A DNA stretch of 64,000 bases from the NCBI GenBank assembly GCA_963676795.2, contig CAXXTB010000002.1:1408001-1472000 (forward strand), given 5' to 3'. This document shows, piece after piece, positions 52,502-61,620 of the stretch. The first letter of the stretch is position 1. Each line of letters begins with the position of its first letter. Origin of the DNA: Geopsychrobacteraceae bacterium (GTDB taxonomy: Bacteria; Desulfobacterota; Desulfuromonadia; Desulfuromonadales; Geopsychrobacteraceae). The notes beneath the pieces were generated by a model, which had not been told where the DNA came from, did not search any database, and saw only the letters and a program-made list of their open reading frames with translations. A program made the translations under genes and the position numbers.

Positions 52502-53338
52502 ATGAGTCGTATCGAAAAAGCCCTGAGAAAAGCTGCTGAGCAAAAAACAGAAACCAAAATGACGCCAGAGGTTCCTTCTGCTGATTTTCTCCCAGAATGG
52601 AATCGTTCTCAGTCTACGTCCGACGCTGAACCCCGGTCTTCGGCTTTGCTTGAAGTTGATCCGATACGGGTTGAGAATGTTCTTCTTGCTACGGCTAGTG
52701 ATGATAAATCTCTTATTGTGGAAGAGTATAATAAGCTGAGGTCGACCGTTATTTCTTTAACCCGTGGGAATGAGTTTCTCAACACATTGCTGATTACAAG
52801 CACAGCCAGCGAAGAAGGCAAGTCATTGACTGCCCTGAATCTGGCTATATCAATGGCCAAGGAGCAGGATCATACGGTTCTGCTGGTTGATGCCGATCTG
52901 CGCAGGCCTTCAATTCATCGCTACCTGGGCGTTGACCCCGAGTATGGACTGATTGATTGTTTACGTGACAACTATCCCATAGAGAAGGTACTGATCAAGA
53001 CAGGAATCGGAAAATTGGTGGTTTTGCCGGCCGGGAAGCCATCACGCGATCCTGTTGATTTGCTCTCATCCAACCGTATGAAGAAAATAGTCAACGAGTT
53101 GAAAGAGCGTTATCCCGAGCGTTACGTCATTTTTGATACGCCTCCGGCACATCCATTTGCTGATGCCGGTATCCTTGCTTCAATCGTCGATTCTGTTCTT
53201 TTTGTCGTCAGGGAAGGCAAAGCGAACAAGGCTGATCTGTTAAAGGTTCTGGAAGACATGCAGGCGCACAATTTACTCGGGGTAGTCTACAATGACGCCT
53301 ACCAGTTTATGAAGAAACAGGACTACTACTATTATTGA
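52502..53338 (+). CDS. Bacterial tyrosine autokinase (BY-kinase)
   Basis: EEGKS Walker A, LLVDADLRRP, IFDTPP, C-terminal YYYY cluster. Confidence 0.92.
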   Translation: MSRIEKALRKAAEQKTETKMTPEVPSADFLPEWNRSQSTSDAEPRSSALLEVDPIRVENVLLATASDDKSLIVEEYNKLRSTVISLTRGNEFLNTLLITSTASEEGKSLTALNLAISMAKEQDHTVLLVDADLRRPSIHRYLGVDPEYGLIDCLRDNYPIEKVLIKTGIGKLVVLPAGKPSRDPVDLLSSNRMKKIVNELKERYPERYVIFDTPPAHPFADAGILASIVDSVLFVVREGKANKADLLKVLEDMQAHNLLGVVYNDAYQFMKKQDYYYY

Positions 53339-53357
53339 CAGGGAGGTTTCAGCGCTT

Positions 53358-54596
53358 ATGTCCCATAAAATCATTGTATGTACTTTGACTTTTGTCATGC
53401 TGCTCTCCTCGCTGTCTGCTTATGCTGCGGTTGAGTTTCATCCCTCAGTGATGGTCGGGGAGGAGTACAATGATAATATTTACCTGGCCGATCAGGATGA
53501 GGAAGAGGACTGGATCACGACGATTCAGCCCGGGATCAGCCTGCTGTTTTCAAACCGGTCTGTTGATATTACGGCGACATATTCCCTGCTGTACCGCTTC
53601 TACAAAAATAACGATCAGGAAAATGAAGATCGTTTTGAAGATGTTCAAAGGGCCGAAGCAACGGCTGAGTTTTTTTCCGGCCGACCTTTTACTCTGTCAG
53701 CGACTCAGACAATTGCCAGAGAAGTATTGGATGAACGGGATGATATCGCCGATTTCAATGATCTTGAAGAGCGTTCTACCGTCTATCGCACCAGCGTAAC
53801 GCCGGCTTATCGTTATCAGCTCACACCGACCTTCTCTTCAACTGCGGCATATACTTACAATCTGATAGTATATGTAGAACCAGAGGGCATTGATACTCAG
53901 GAACATATCGGCCGCCTGACACTGGACAAATCGATCAGCTCACGTCTGGATCTTTATCTGGCCTATGTTTACAGCTATCTTGATTCGGATGATGATGCTG
54001 AAGAGTTGACCCGTCAGGATTATAATCTGGGCTTAACTTATCAGCTTGGTTCAAGAACTCACCTCAATGCGGAAGGGGGGTATTCTGAAATCGAGTACGA
54101 AAGTGGATATACCACCGACGCGACAAATTATTTGCTCGATCTGACCTACGCAACATCTGAAGCGTTGAGCTATTTTGTTCGTTACGCTCAGGACTTTACC
54201 GTGACAGCGACTGAAGGGCTGGCGCAGCGTCAGGAATTTTCAGCTGGTACAGAGTATAGTAGAGATTCAATGACAGCAAACGTGCGTGGTTTTTGGCGGG
54301 ATATTGACTATGTAAGGCAAGATCGTAACGATGAAATCTTCGGATTTGATGTTGGTATGTCTAAACCGTTAAGTCGGGCATACGCCCTGAATCTGCAAGC
54401 TACATATGAAAATGCCCGATTTGAAGAAGTTTATGTTGAAGATGTTAACCGCTATATTGCGGAGCTTTCATTGTCTTTTGATTACAGGCGGTTTGTTCTA
54501 GAAACTGGATATCGCTATCGTGTGAATGATTCCGAAGTTGATTCAAACGATTACGTTAATAATATTATTTACTTGAATGGATCAGTTCGGTTTTAG
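53358..54596 (+). CDS. PEP-CTERM-system-associated outer-membrane beta-barrel protein
   Basis: Signal peptide, EEYNDNI N-terminus, alternating aromatic beta pattern, terminal Phe; locus position. Confidence 0.75.
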   Translation: MSHKIIVCTLTFVMLLSSLSAYAAVEFHPSVMVGEEYNDNIYLADQDEEEDWITTIQPGISLLFSNRSVDITATYSLLYRFYKNNDQENEDRFEDVQRAEATAEFFSGRPFTLSATQTIAREVLDERDDIADFNDLEERSTVYRTSVTPAYRYQLTPTFSSTAAYTYNLIVYVEPEGIDTQEHIGRLTLDKSISSRLDLYLAYVYSYLDSDDDAEELTRQDYNLGLTYQLGSRTHLNAEGGYSEIEYESGYTTDATNYLLDLTYATSEALSYFVRYAQDFTVTATEGLAQRQEFSAGTEYSRDSMTANVRGFWRDIDYVRQDRNDEIFGFDVGMSKPLSRAYALNLQATYENARFEEVYVEDVNRYIAELSLSFDYRRFVLETGYRYRVNDSEVDSNDYVNNIIYLNGSVRF

Positions 54597-54598
54597 TT

Positions 54599-55756
54599 AT
54601 GTATACAGAGTTTTTCGGGTTAACGGCCAAGCCGTTTGAGTTACTGCCTAATCCACGTTTTCTCTACCTGAGCAGCGGTCACAGGAAAGCTTTGAGCTAT
54701 CTGCAGTACGGTATTCAGGAACGGGCAGGGTTTACCCTGCTCACCGGTGAGGTCGGCTCCGGTAAGACGACGCTGTTGCGCGATATCATCAATAAGGTCG
54801 AGTCTGACGTCACTCTGGCGATGGTGTTCAATACCCGTGTTGATTCCCATCAGCTTATTTCCATGATCAATGAGGACTTTGGTCTCAAGGTTGACGGAAA
54901 AGAGAAGGTTCAGTTGCTGCGTGAGCTGAATGATTTCCTGTTGAATGAATGTCAGCAGGGGCACAGGCCGATTATCATCATCGATGAAGCTCAGAACCTG
55001 TCTGAAGATTCCCTCGAAGAAATCCGTCTGCTTTCCAACCTTGAAGCTGACAGCTTTAAGCTGGTTCAGATCGTTTTTGTCGGTCAGCCAGAGCTTCGTC
55101 AACTGATTGCCAAACCGTCCTTGCGCCAGTTGCGCCAGAGGATCAGCATCAGTTGTCACCTGCATCCCTTGAGCCGTGAAGAACTGGAAGAATATATCTA
55201 TCATCGTCTCGCTACTGTCGGTAATCGTGATTGCGTCAATTTTCTCGAAGGCACTTTTGATGAAATCTATCGTTTCAGTGGCGGAATCCCCCGCTTGATC
55301 AATCTGCTCTGCGATTTTGTCTTTCTATCCGCTTTTGTCGAAGAGACCAGAGATATCGACCTGCAACTGATCAAGGAGTCGATTGAAGAGCTGTCTTTTG
55401 ATGCTCCCGAACCAGACCTGGCTTACGAGGGTTCTGATCAGTCTGGATCGATCTCGGCCAATGGGCTGCTGACCGCGATTGATGAACGCCTGGGTAAGAT
55501 TGAAGAGAACTATACCAAGGTTGTCGCCAGTCGGGCAGAAAAAGAAGCGATCCTTGAACGGCTGTCGAGCCAGGGGAGTATTCTCGAATATCTGATTAAT
55601 CAGCAGCAGAATCAGTTTGCACAGTTCGAGGAACAGCTGAAAAAGATATCAGCTCAGATCGATCGTCTCCGCCACGCTGTTCTTGCCAACGGGGCAAGGG
55701 TTGATCAGCCTTCTTCACTGGTTTTTGATGCGACGATCAAGAAAGATATTCGATAA
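54599..55756 (+). CDS. ExeA-like ATPase associated with PEP-CTERM/XrtA loci
   Basis: MYTEFFGL.KPF, GEVGSGKT, IIDEAQ, GQPEL, GIPRLIN. Confidence 0.9.
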   Translation: MYTEFFGLTAKPFELLPNPRFLYLSSGHRKALSYLQYGIQERAGFTLLTGEVGSGKTTLLRDIINKVESDVTLAMVFNTRVDSHQLISMINEDFGLKVDGKEKVQLLRELNDFLLNECQQGHRPIIIIDEAQNLSEDSLEEIRLLSNLEADSFKLVQIVFVGQPELRQLIAKPSLRQLRQRISISCHLHPLSREELEEYIYHRLATVGNRDCVNFLEGTFDEIYRFSGGIPRLINLLCDFVFLSAFVEETRDIDLQLIKESIEELSFDAPEPDLAYEGSDQSGSISANGLLTAIDERLGKIEENYTKVVASRAEKEAILERLSSQGSILEYLINQQQNQFAQFEEQLKKISAQIDRLRHAVLANGARVDQPSSLVFDATIKKDIR

Positions 55757-55759
55757 AAA

Positions 55760-56088
55760 TCTGGTCCATGAAAGACACAAAAGGGCACGAAAAGACCCCC
55801 CTCAATCCCCCCTATAAAATAGGGGGGAAGTGAGCAAAGCGAGCAGGGGGGTAAATAAACGTAAATTTATTGCAGTTAGTTTTTTCCTGCATCTGTTTGT
55901 AGATTTGAAAGTGTATATAATTCAGTGATTTCTGTGTCTTCCGTGAACATGTTTATAAAAGATCAGATTTTGTCCTGTTGATCATGTCAAATATTGGCTT
56001 GTTGGTTTTGTCAGACTTTGTCCGTGTGGGTCTGTGGCAATATAAAGGTTTTAAAGTTTTATTTCGCGAATTTCGTGTTTTTCGTGGA
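55760..56088. repeat. Intergenic cluster of periodic repeat arms plus a C6/G6 hairpin element
   Basis: Left arm 55764-55792 (CACGAAA type) and right arm 56062-56088; orphan right arms 55921-55949 and 56010-56038; hairpin element 55795-55852. Confidence 0.8.
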
Positions 56089-56131
56089 TATATAATTTGA
56101 TTTGTATTTTTTATTCAATCAGGAGTGAATC

Positions 56132-57448
56132 ATGGTTTCTCTGCAGCAACTCATCAATCGCCAGGCTAAAATTGCCGTTGTAGGTCTAGGCTATGTCGGT
56201 CTGCCTCTTGCCGCTGCATTTGGTCGTAAATTGGATGTCATCGGTTTTGATATTCATGCCGCCAAAATTGAACAATTGAAAAGTTGTATTGATGTCACGG
56301 GGGAACTGACTTCTGATGACCTGAAATCAACAAAGATCGACTATACAACCGATCCTTCTGCTCTGAAACAGGCTGATTTTATCATCGTCACTGTACCAAC
56401 CCCGATCGACAGGAACAACAATCCGGACCTGACTCCGGTTGAAAAAGCATCGACGACCATCGGTCAGAATCTGAAAAAAGGCGCCATTATCGTCTACGAG
56501 TCAACCGTCTATCCGGGCGTGACGGAAGATATCTGTGTGCCGATTCTCGAAGCTCAGTCGGGCCTGAAATGTGGAAGCGATTTCAAGGTCGGCTATTCAC
56601 CGGAGCGGATCAATCCGGGTGATAAGGTTCACACCGTCGACAAGATCATCAAGGTTGTTTCCGGTATGGATGAAGGCAGCCTCGAAACCATCGCTTCCGT
56701 CTATGAACTGATTGTTACCGCCGGTGTTCACCGTGCCTCCAGCATCAAGGTGGCCGAAGCGGCCAAGGTTATTGAAAATACCCAGCGCGACCTCAATATC
56801 GCCCTGATCAACGAGCTTGCGCTGATCTTCAACAAACTGGGTATTCCGACCCAGGACGTGCTTGCCGCTGCCGGAACCAAGTGGAACTTCCTTAAATTTA
56901 CTCCTGGCCTGGTCGGTGGTCACTGCATCGGTGTCGACCCCTACTATCTGACCCACAAGGCTGAGGAGATCGGTTATAATCCGCAGGTCATTCTGGCCGG
57001 TCGCAGAATCAACGATGGAATGGGCAAATACGTTGCAGAAAACACCATCAAGCAGATGATCCAGTCGGGTAAGGTGATCAAGGGAGCACGGGTTCTGGTC
57101 CTCGGTCTGACCTTCAAGGAGGATGTCCCCGACATCCGCAATACCAAGGTCATCGACATCGTCCGTGAGCTTGAAGATTACGGCGTCAATGTCCTGGTCA
57201 ACGATCCGCTTGCAGACAGCGCCGAGGCGATGCACGAATATGGTCTTTCTCTCTGCTCGCTGGACAATCTCGAGCCTGTTGACACCATCGTCTATGCCGT
57301 CAGCCATAAGGCCTATCAAAACCTGAATATCAATGATCTGAAAAAAATGACCAGCAATGGTTCCTCATCAGGATCTATCATCGATGTTAAATCCGTTCTG
57401 AACCGGGAAGAGGTCGAATCTGCGGGTATGAGTTATTGGTCATTGTAA
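56132..57448 (+). CDS. Nucleotide-sugar (UDP-HexNAc) 6-dehydrogenase, TviB/WbpO-like
   Basis: GLGYVG, ESTVYPG, SPERINPG, KVIENTQRD, GGHCIGVDP, GLTFKE. Confidence 0.93.
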   Translation: MVSLQQLINRQAKIAVVGLGYVGLPLAAAFGRKLDVIGFDIHAAKIEQLKSCIDVTGELTSDDLKSTKIDYTTDPSALKQADFIIVTVPTPIDRNNNPDLTPVEKASTTIGQNLKKGAIIVYESTVYPGVTEDICVPILEAQSGLKCGSDFKVGYSPERINPGDKVHTVDKIIKVVSGMDEGSLETIASVYELIVTAGVHRASSIKVAEAAKVIENTQRDLNIALINELALIFNKLGIPTQDVLAAAGTKWNFLKFTPGLVGGHCIGVDPYYLTHKAEEIGYNPQVILAGRRINDGMGKYVAENTIKQMIQSGKVIKGARVLVLGLTFKEDVPDIRNTKVIDIVRELEDYGVNVLVNDPLADSAEAMHEYGLSLCSLDNLEPVDTIVYAVSHKAYQNLNINDLKKMTSNGSSSGSIIDVKSVLNREEVESAGMSYWSL

Positions 57449-57451
57449 TAT

Positions 57452-57868
57452 ATGTCCACTGAAGACACAGAAAACACGGAATTTTTAGATTCAAAAAAGT
57501 TTTATATGGGTGCAGAAACCTATGCAGTACGAGGAGCTGTTTATGAAGTTTATCGTACGATTGGTTGTGGCTTTTTAGAATCTGTTTATCAAGAATGTTT
57601 TGAGATAGAGTTTGCAGAAAAAGGCATACCCTATGTTGCGCAGCACAAGCTTGATTTGTATTACAAAGGCCATCGTCTAACTCAAACCTATAGGCCTGAT
57701 TTTGTTTGTTTTGATAAAATTATTGTTGAAATAAAGGCACTTTCTAAAATTACAGGTGAACATAAAGCGCAAGTTATGAATTATCTTAAAGCTACGGATA
57801 TGAAAGTAGGTCTATTGATTAATTTTGGAAGTTTTCCAAAGGCAACGGTTGATCGAATTGTATTTTGA
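57452..57868 (+). CDS. GxxExxY protein (PD-(D/E)XK nuclease-like)
   Basis: GCGFLESVY motif, PDFVC...IVEIKA, QVMNYLKAT...GLLINFG; the N-terminal STEDTENTE is translated repeat arm, so ATG 57506 is an alternative start. Confidence 0.92.
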   Translation: MSTEDTENTEFLDSKKFYMGAETYAVRGAVYEVYRTIGCGFLESVYQECFEIEFAEKGIPYVAQHKLDLYYKGHRLTQTYRPDFVCFDKIIVEIKALSKITGEHKAQVMNYLKATDMKVGLLINFGSFPKATVDRIVF

Positions 57869-57903
57869 CTTTATTTCCGTGGATTCAGTGTTTTCTGTGG
57901 ACA
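57453..57903. mobile_element. Putative 451-bp cassette: GxxExxY gene inside 29-bp inverted arms
   Basis: Left TGTCCACTGAAGACACAGAAAACACGGAA (57453-57481) vs reverse complement of 57875-57903 TGTCCACAGAAAACACTGAATCCACGGAA, 24/29 identical; mobility is inferred. Confidence 0.55.
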
Positions 57904-57907
57904 GAAA

Positions 57908-58783
57908 ATGATTAAAAACTACATGACAATAGACGTCGAAGACTACTTTCACGTCTCGGCATTTGAATCATTGTCGCCACCGTCGAGTTGGTCGGGCAGG
58001 GAATGTCGTGTTGAGCGCAATACTGACCTTGTTCTCGAAATCATGGCGCAACACAATGTCAAAGCTACTTTTTTTATTCTCGGCTGGGTTGCAGAGCACT
58101 ATCCGCAACTTGCCAGAAAGATTGTCGCTCAGGGCCATGAGATTGCCTGCCATGGTTATCTGCACCAGCGTGTTTCTACACAGGATAGGGCAACCTACAA
58201 AGATGATATCCGAAGGGCAAAGGCCATTCTTGAAGATCAGTCCGGGCAGGAAGTGCTCGGTTATCGAGCCCCGAGCTATTCGATTACCCGTCAGACAGAT
58301 TGGGCTTTTGAAGAGTTGATTGCAGCGGGGTTCAAATACGACTCAAGTATCTTCCCGATGAAGCACGACTTCTACGGTATTCCCGACTGGCCGCGTTTCT
58401 CCGGCTACGCCGTCGCACAGAATGGAGCCTGGGTCGCTGACGATCAAATGCCTTCTGACGGAAAGGCCATTCGGGAGATACCGATCACAACAGTAAAAAT
58501 GGGTCAGCGAAACCTGCCGATCGCCGGAGGAGGATATTTTCGCTTGTTGCCGTATCCGGTGACCAGATGGGGGCTGAAGTGCGTCAATCAGAAGGAAAAT
58601 CAGCCGTTCGTTTTCTATCTGCACCCCTGGGAATTTGACCCTGAGCAGCCACGCATGGCAGGTGCCGGGCGAAAGAGCCGATTCAGGCACTATCTGAATC
58701 TGAATAAAACGGAAGGGCGGTTCAGGAAACTGCTGAGCGATTTTGATTTTGTGCCACTGAAGACAATATTGTCCACGGAATAA
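57908..58783 (+). CDS. Polysaccharide deacetylase, XrtA-system type
   Basis: TIDVEDYF, HEIACHG, GYRAPSYS, YDSS, GGGYFRL, YLHPWEFD. Confidence 0.92.
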   Translation: MIKNYMTIDVEDYFHVSAFESLSPPSSWSGRECRVERNTDLVLEIMAQHNVKATFFILGWVAEHYPQLARKIVAQGHEIACHGYLHQRVSTQDRATYKDDIRRAKAILEDQSGQEVLGYRAPSYSITRQTDWAFEELIAAGFKYDSSIFPMKHDFYGIPDWPRFSGYAVAQNGAWVADDQMPSDGKAIREIPITTVKMGQRNLPIAGGGYFRLLPYPVTRWGLKCVNQKENQPFVFYLHPWEFDPEQPRMAGAGRKSRFRHYLNLNKTEGRFRKLLSDFDFVPLKTILSTE

Positions 58784-59271
58784 GGCACAGTCTGGTTCAC
58801 GAAAAACACGAAAGGCACGAAAATGACCCCCCTCAATCCCCCCTATGAAATAGGGGGGAAGTGAGCGAAGCGAGCAGGGGGGTAAATAGCTGTGTGTTCG
58901 CTTTGTCAGCTTTTGTCCGTGTGTGTCTGTGGCAAAAAAACAGGTTTCAGTCTTTCTTCGCGGCTTCGCGGCTTGAGTGAGTGAAACGAACGGGCGTGAG
59001 ATAATGTTTTGTCCACGGAAATCACGAAAGGCTCGAAATAAATCAAAATCAGCCTCGCGCAGAGACGCAGAGGACACAGAGAAAAGCAATAACCGTAAAT
59101 ATTTGTTTCTCAAGGCAACAGGCCTTTAAATCAGCCTTTGTCCGCACTTGTCTGTGTGTGTCTGTGGCAAAAAAATCAGGTTTCAGGTTTTTTCTTGTGT
59201 CTTGAACGAGCACAGCGAGTGGGTGAGAGGTTTCTAGTATTTTTTTCGATATTTTCGTGTTTTTCGTGGAC
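58770..59271. repeat. Intergenic cluster of nested periodic repeat arms
   Basis: Arms at 58795-58822, 58905-58933, 58956-59000, 59010-59038, 59054-59081, 59140-59168, 59194-59229 and 59244-59271; second copy of the C6/G6 hairpin element. Confidence 0.8.
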
Positions 59272-59303
59272 CGCTGATTTTTAGCCTATGAGGGACTGAT
59301 TCA

Positions 59304-61289
59304 ATGTGTGGGATAGCAGGGCTGATAAATTTTGAGCGGATTCGGGATGCGGATGAAACAACCGTCAGGCGGATGATGACCCTGCTGCGTCATCGCGGTC
59401 CGGATGAGTGTGGTCTCTATCGCGATCAGCAGGCCTGCCTTGGCCACACCCGCCTCAGCATTATCGGTCTTTCGACCGGTCAGCAGCCTCTGGCCAATGT
59501 GGATGAAAGCCTGTGGATTGTCTTCAACGGCGAGATTTTCAATTACATTGAGCTGAAAGCGGAACTGATTCAAAAAGGCTATCGTTTCCGTACCGATTCC
59601 GATACCGAGGTTCTGCTCGCCTGTTATGAAGAGTACGGTTCAGATTGTCTGAGTCTGCTCAACGGTCAGTTTGCTTTCGCCATCTGGGATGTCAGAAAGC
59701 GCCAGCTGTTTCTGGCCAGGGATCGTGTCGGCATCAGACCGCTCTATTATTATCAAAGCGAAAATTCTTTTCACTTTGCCTCGGAAATTAAAGCGATTTT
59801 TGCCGATCCAGGGATAGCCCGGTCGCTGGATCCGGTCTCCCTGAATCAGATATTCACCTTCTGGACGACCTTGTCTTCCAGGACTGTCTTTGCGGGTATC
59901 AAAGAGCTTCCGCCCGGCAACTATATGGTTGTGTCCGATGGTGGTATTCAAGCGCCCCAACCCTATTGGTCGATACCGTACTATCAGCCGTCAGAACGTT
60001 GGCGAGGGACTTTTGATGAAGCCAAAGAGGAACTCGTTGGCATTTTGAATGATGCCATCGCGCTGCGCTTAAGGGCCGATGTTCCGGTTGGTGCCTATTT
60101 AAGTGGCGGACTCGATTCCTCAATTATTACTTCGGTTATTGCTAAAAACTTCAATAATCACCTGAGGACTTTCTCCCTCGCCTTCGAAGAGAACCCGTTC
60201 GACGAATCGGCCTATCAGGCCGAGCTGGTCCGGCAGCTTGGAACCGAACACAGCGAGATAAAAGTCGCCAATTCCGCCATCAGGGATAATCTGCCACAGG
60301 TCGTCTGGCAATGTGAAAAGCCTCTGGTCAGGACCGGACCGGTACCGTTGTTTTCGTTATCAAGGTTGGTCCGGGAGAACAATTTCAAGGTCGTGCTGAC
60401 AGGTGAGGGGGCTGATGAGGTCTTTGGCGGATACAATATTTTCAAAGAGGCCAAGCTCCGGGCGTTCTGGGGACGGCAGCCTGAGTCAAAGTGGAGGCCA
60501 CTGCTCGTTGAGAGGCTCTATCCGTACATATTCAAAGATCCGGCCCGTGCCAGGGCCTTTCTCCAGCAGTTTTTTGCCGTATCTGCGGACGATTTGACTG
60601 ACCCGTTCTTTTCCCACCAGGTGCGCTGGCGCAACAGCGGGAAAAATTCCACGTTCTTTACCAGCCATGTTCAGTCTCAGATTAAACAAAATAACGACTT
60701 AGATGAGCTGCGCTCACTGCTTCCGGATGGTTTTTCACAGCGGGACACCTTTTCAAAGGCTCAACTGCTGGAAATGGAGATATTCCTTTCCAACTACCTG
60801 CTTTCCTCGCAGGGGGACCGCGTTGGCATGGGCAACTCGATTGAACTGCGTCTGCCATTTCTCGATTATCGAGTGATCGATTTTGCCGCCCGGTTGCCTG
60901 CGCACTGGAAAATCAAAGGATTAAACGAGAAATACCTGTTGAAAGAGGCCTATAAGCAGCTGTTGCCAGCCTCCATCTCGAAAAGACCGAAACAGCCGTA
61001 TCGTGCCCCAATTAGAGAGGCCTTTCCGGTCGATGAGCCGGGCAGCTATATCGCTGAGCAGCTATCTGATGCTAAGGTGTTTGAGAACGGTTATTTCGAT
61101 GTGAAAAAAGTCAATCTGTTGAAAAAACGTTTTAGTCAAGGCGCGCAACAATCAGCCAATGAGGTGCAAAATATGGCCCTGATGGGAATCCTGACAACAC
61201 AGCTCTTGCATCAGCAGTTCATCGAGGATTTTGATCCGGTAAAGATAGAACCGGCGAACCCGGATAAGCGAATTACAAGGCATTTCTAG
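59304..61289 (+). CDS. asnB: Asparagine synthase (glutamine-hydrolysing)-like amidotransferase
   Basis: MCGIAG N-terminal Cys, HRGPD, FNGEIFN, LSGGLDSS, GEGADE, ELRLPFLD; EPS context suggests sugar amidation. Confidence 0.9.
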   Translation: MCGIAGLINFERIRDADETTVRRMMTLLRHRGPDECGLYRDQQACLGHTRLSIIGLSTGQQPLANVDESLWIVFNGEIFNYIELKAELIQKGYRFRTDSDTEVLLACYEEYGSDCLSLLNGQFAFAIWDVRKRQLFLARDRVGIRPLYYYQSENSFHFASEIKAIFADPGIARSLDPVSLNQIFTFWTTLSSRTVFAGIKELPPGNYMVVSDGGIQAPQPYWSIPYYQPSERWRGTFDEAKEELVGILNDAIALRLRADVPVGAYLSGGLDSSIITSVIAKNFNNHLRTFSLAFEENPFDESAYQAELVRQLGTEHSEIKVANSAIRDNLPQVVWQCEKPLVRTGPVPLFSLSRLVRENNFKVVLTGEGADEVFGGYNIFKEAKLRAFWGRQPESKWRPLLVERLYPYIFKDPARARAFLQQFFAVSADDLTDPFFSHQVRWRNSGKNSTFFTSHVQSQIKQNNDLDELRSLLPDGFSQRDTFSKAQLLEMEIFLSNYLLSSQGDRVGMGNSIELRLPFLDYRVIDFAARLPAHWKIKGLNEKYLLKEAYKQLLPASISKRPKQPYRAPIREAFPVDEPGSYIAEQLSDAKVFENGYFDVKKVNLLKKRFSQGAQQSANEVQNMALMGILTTQLLHQQFIEDFDPVKIEPANPDKRITRHF

Positions 61290-61552
61290 CCACAGACACA
61301 CACAGACAAAGGCTTAATAACTCAGTCCACGAAAGACACGAAAGACCCAAAAAAATAAGACAAAATTTTACAGGGATGAAAGGGATAGTCAGGATGAAGT
61401 CAGAAGCATTCTGGCCGGATAATTAAAATAAAGAATATGCAGGTTCTTGTCTTTAGGTTTAATCCCATGCATCCGCTGTATCCCTGTAAGAAAGATTTTG
61501 AAGTTTTTCTTCGCGTCTTCGCGGCTTAGAGAGCGGAGAGAACGGGTGTGAG
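61289..61552. repeat. Intergenic cluster of periodic repeat arms
   Basis: Left arms 61289-61313 and 61325-61352; GGGAT-type inverted pair 61368-61395 / 61462-61489; right arm 61509-61552. Confidence 0.8.
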
Positions 61553-61620
61553 TTAAGAAGTTAGATTATTCTGTCAATCAGTAGTTGTTGTCGTCAATTA
61601 ATCACTGGGGAGGGATTGGA

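Noticed and set aside
58343..59113. 256-aa minus-strand ORF
   Set aside because: It reads through repeat arms (FRAFRDFRG, FRAFRVFR are translated 9-mers) and antisense into the deacetylase; not a plausible gene.
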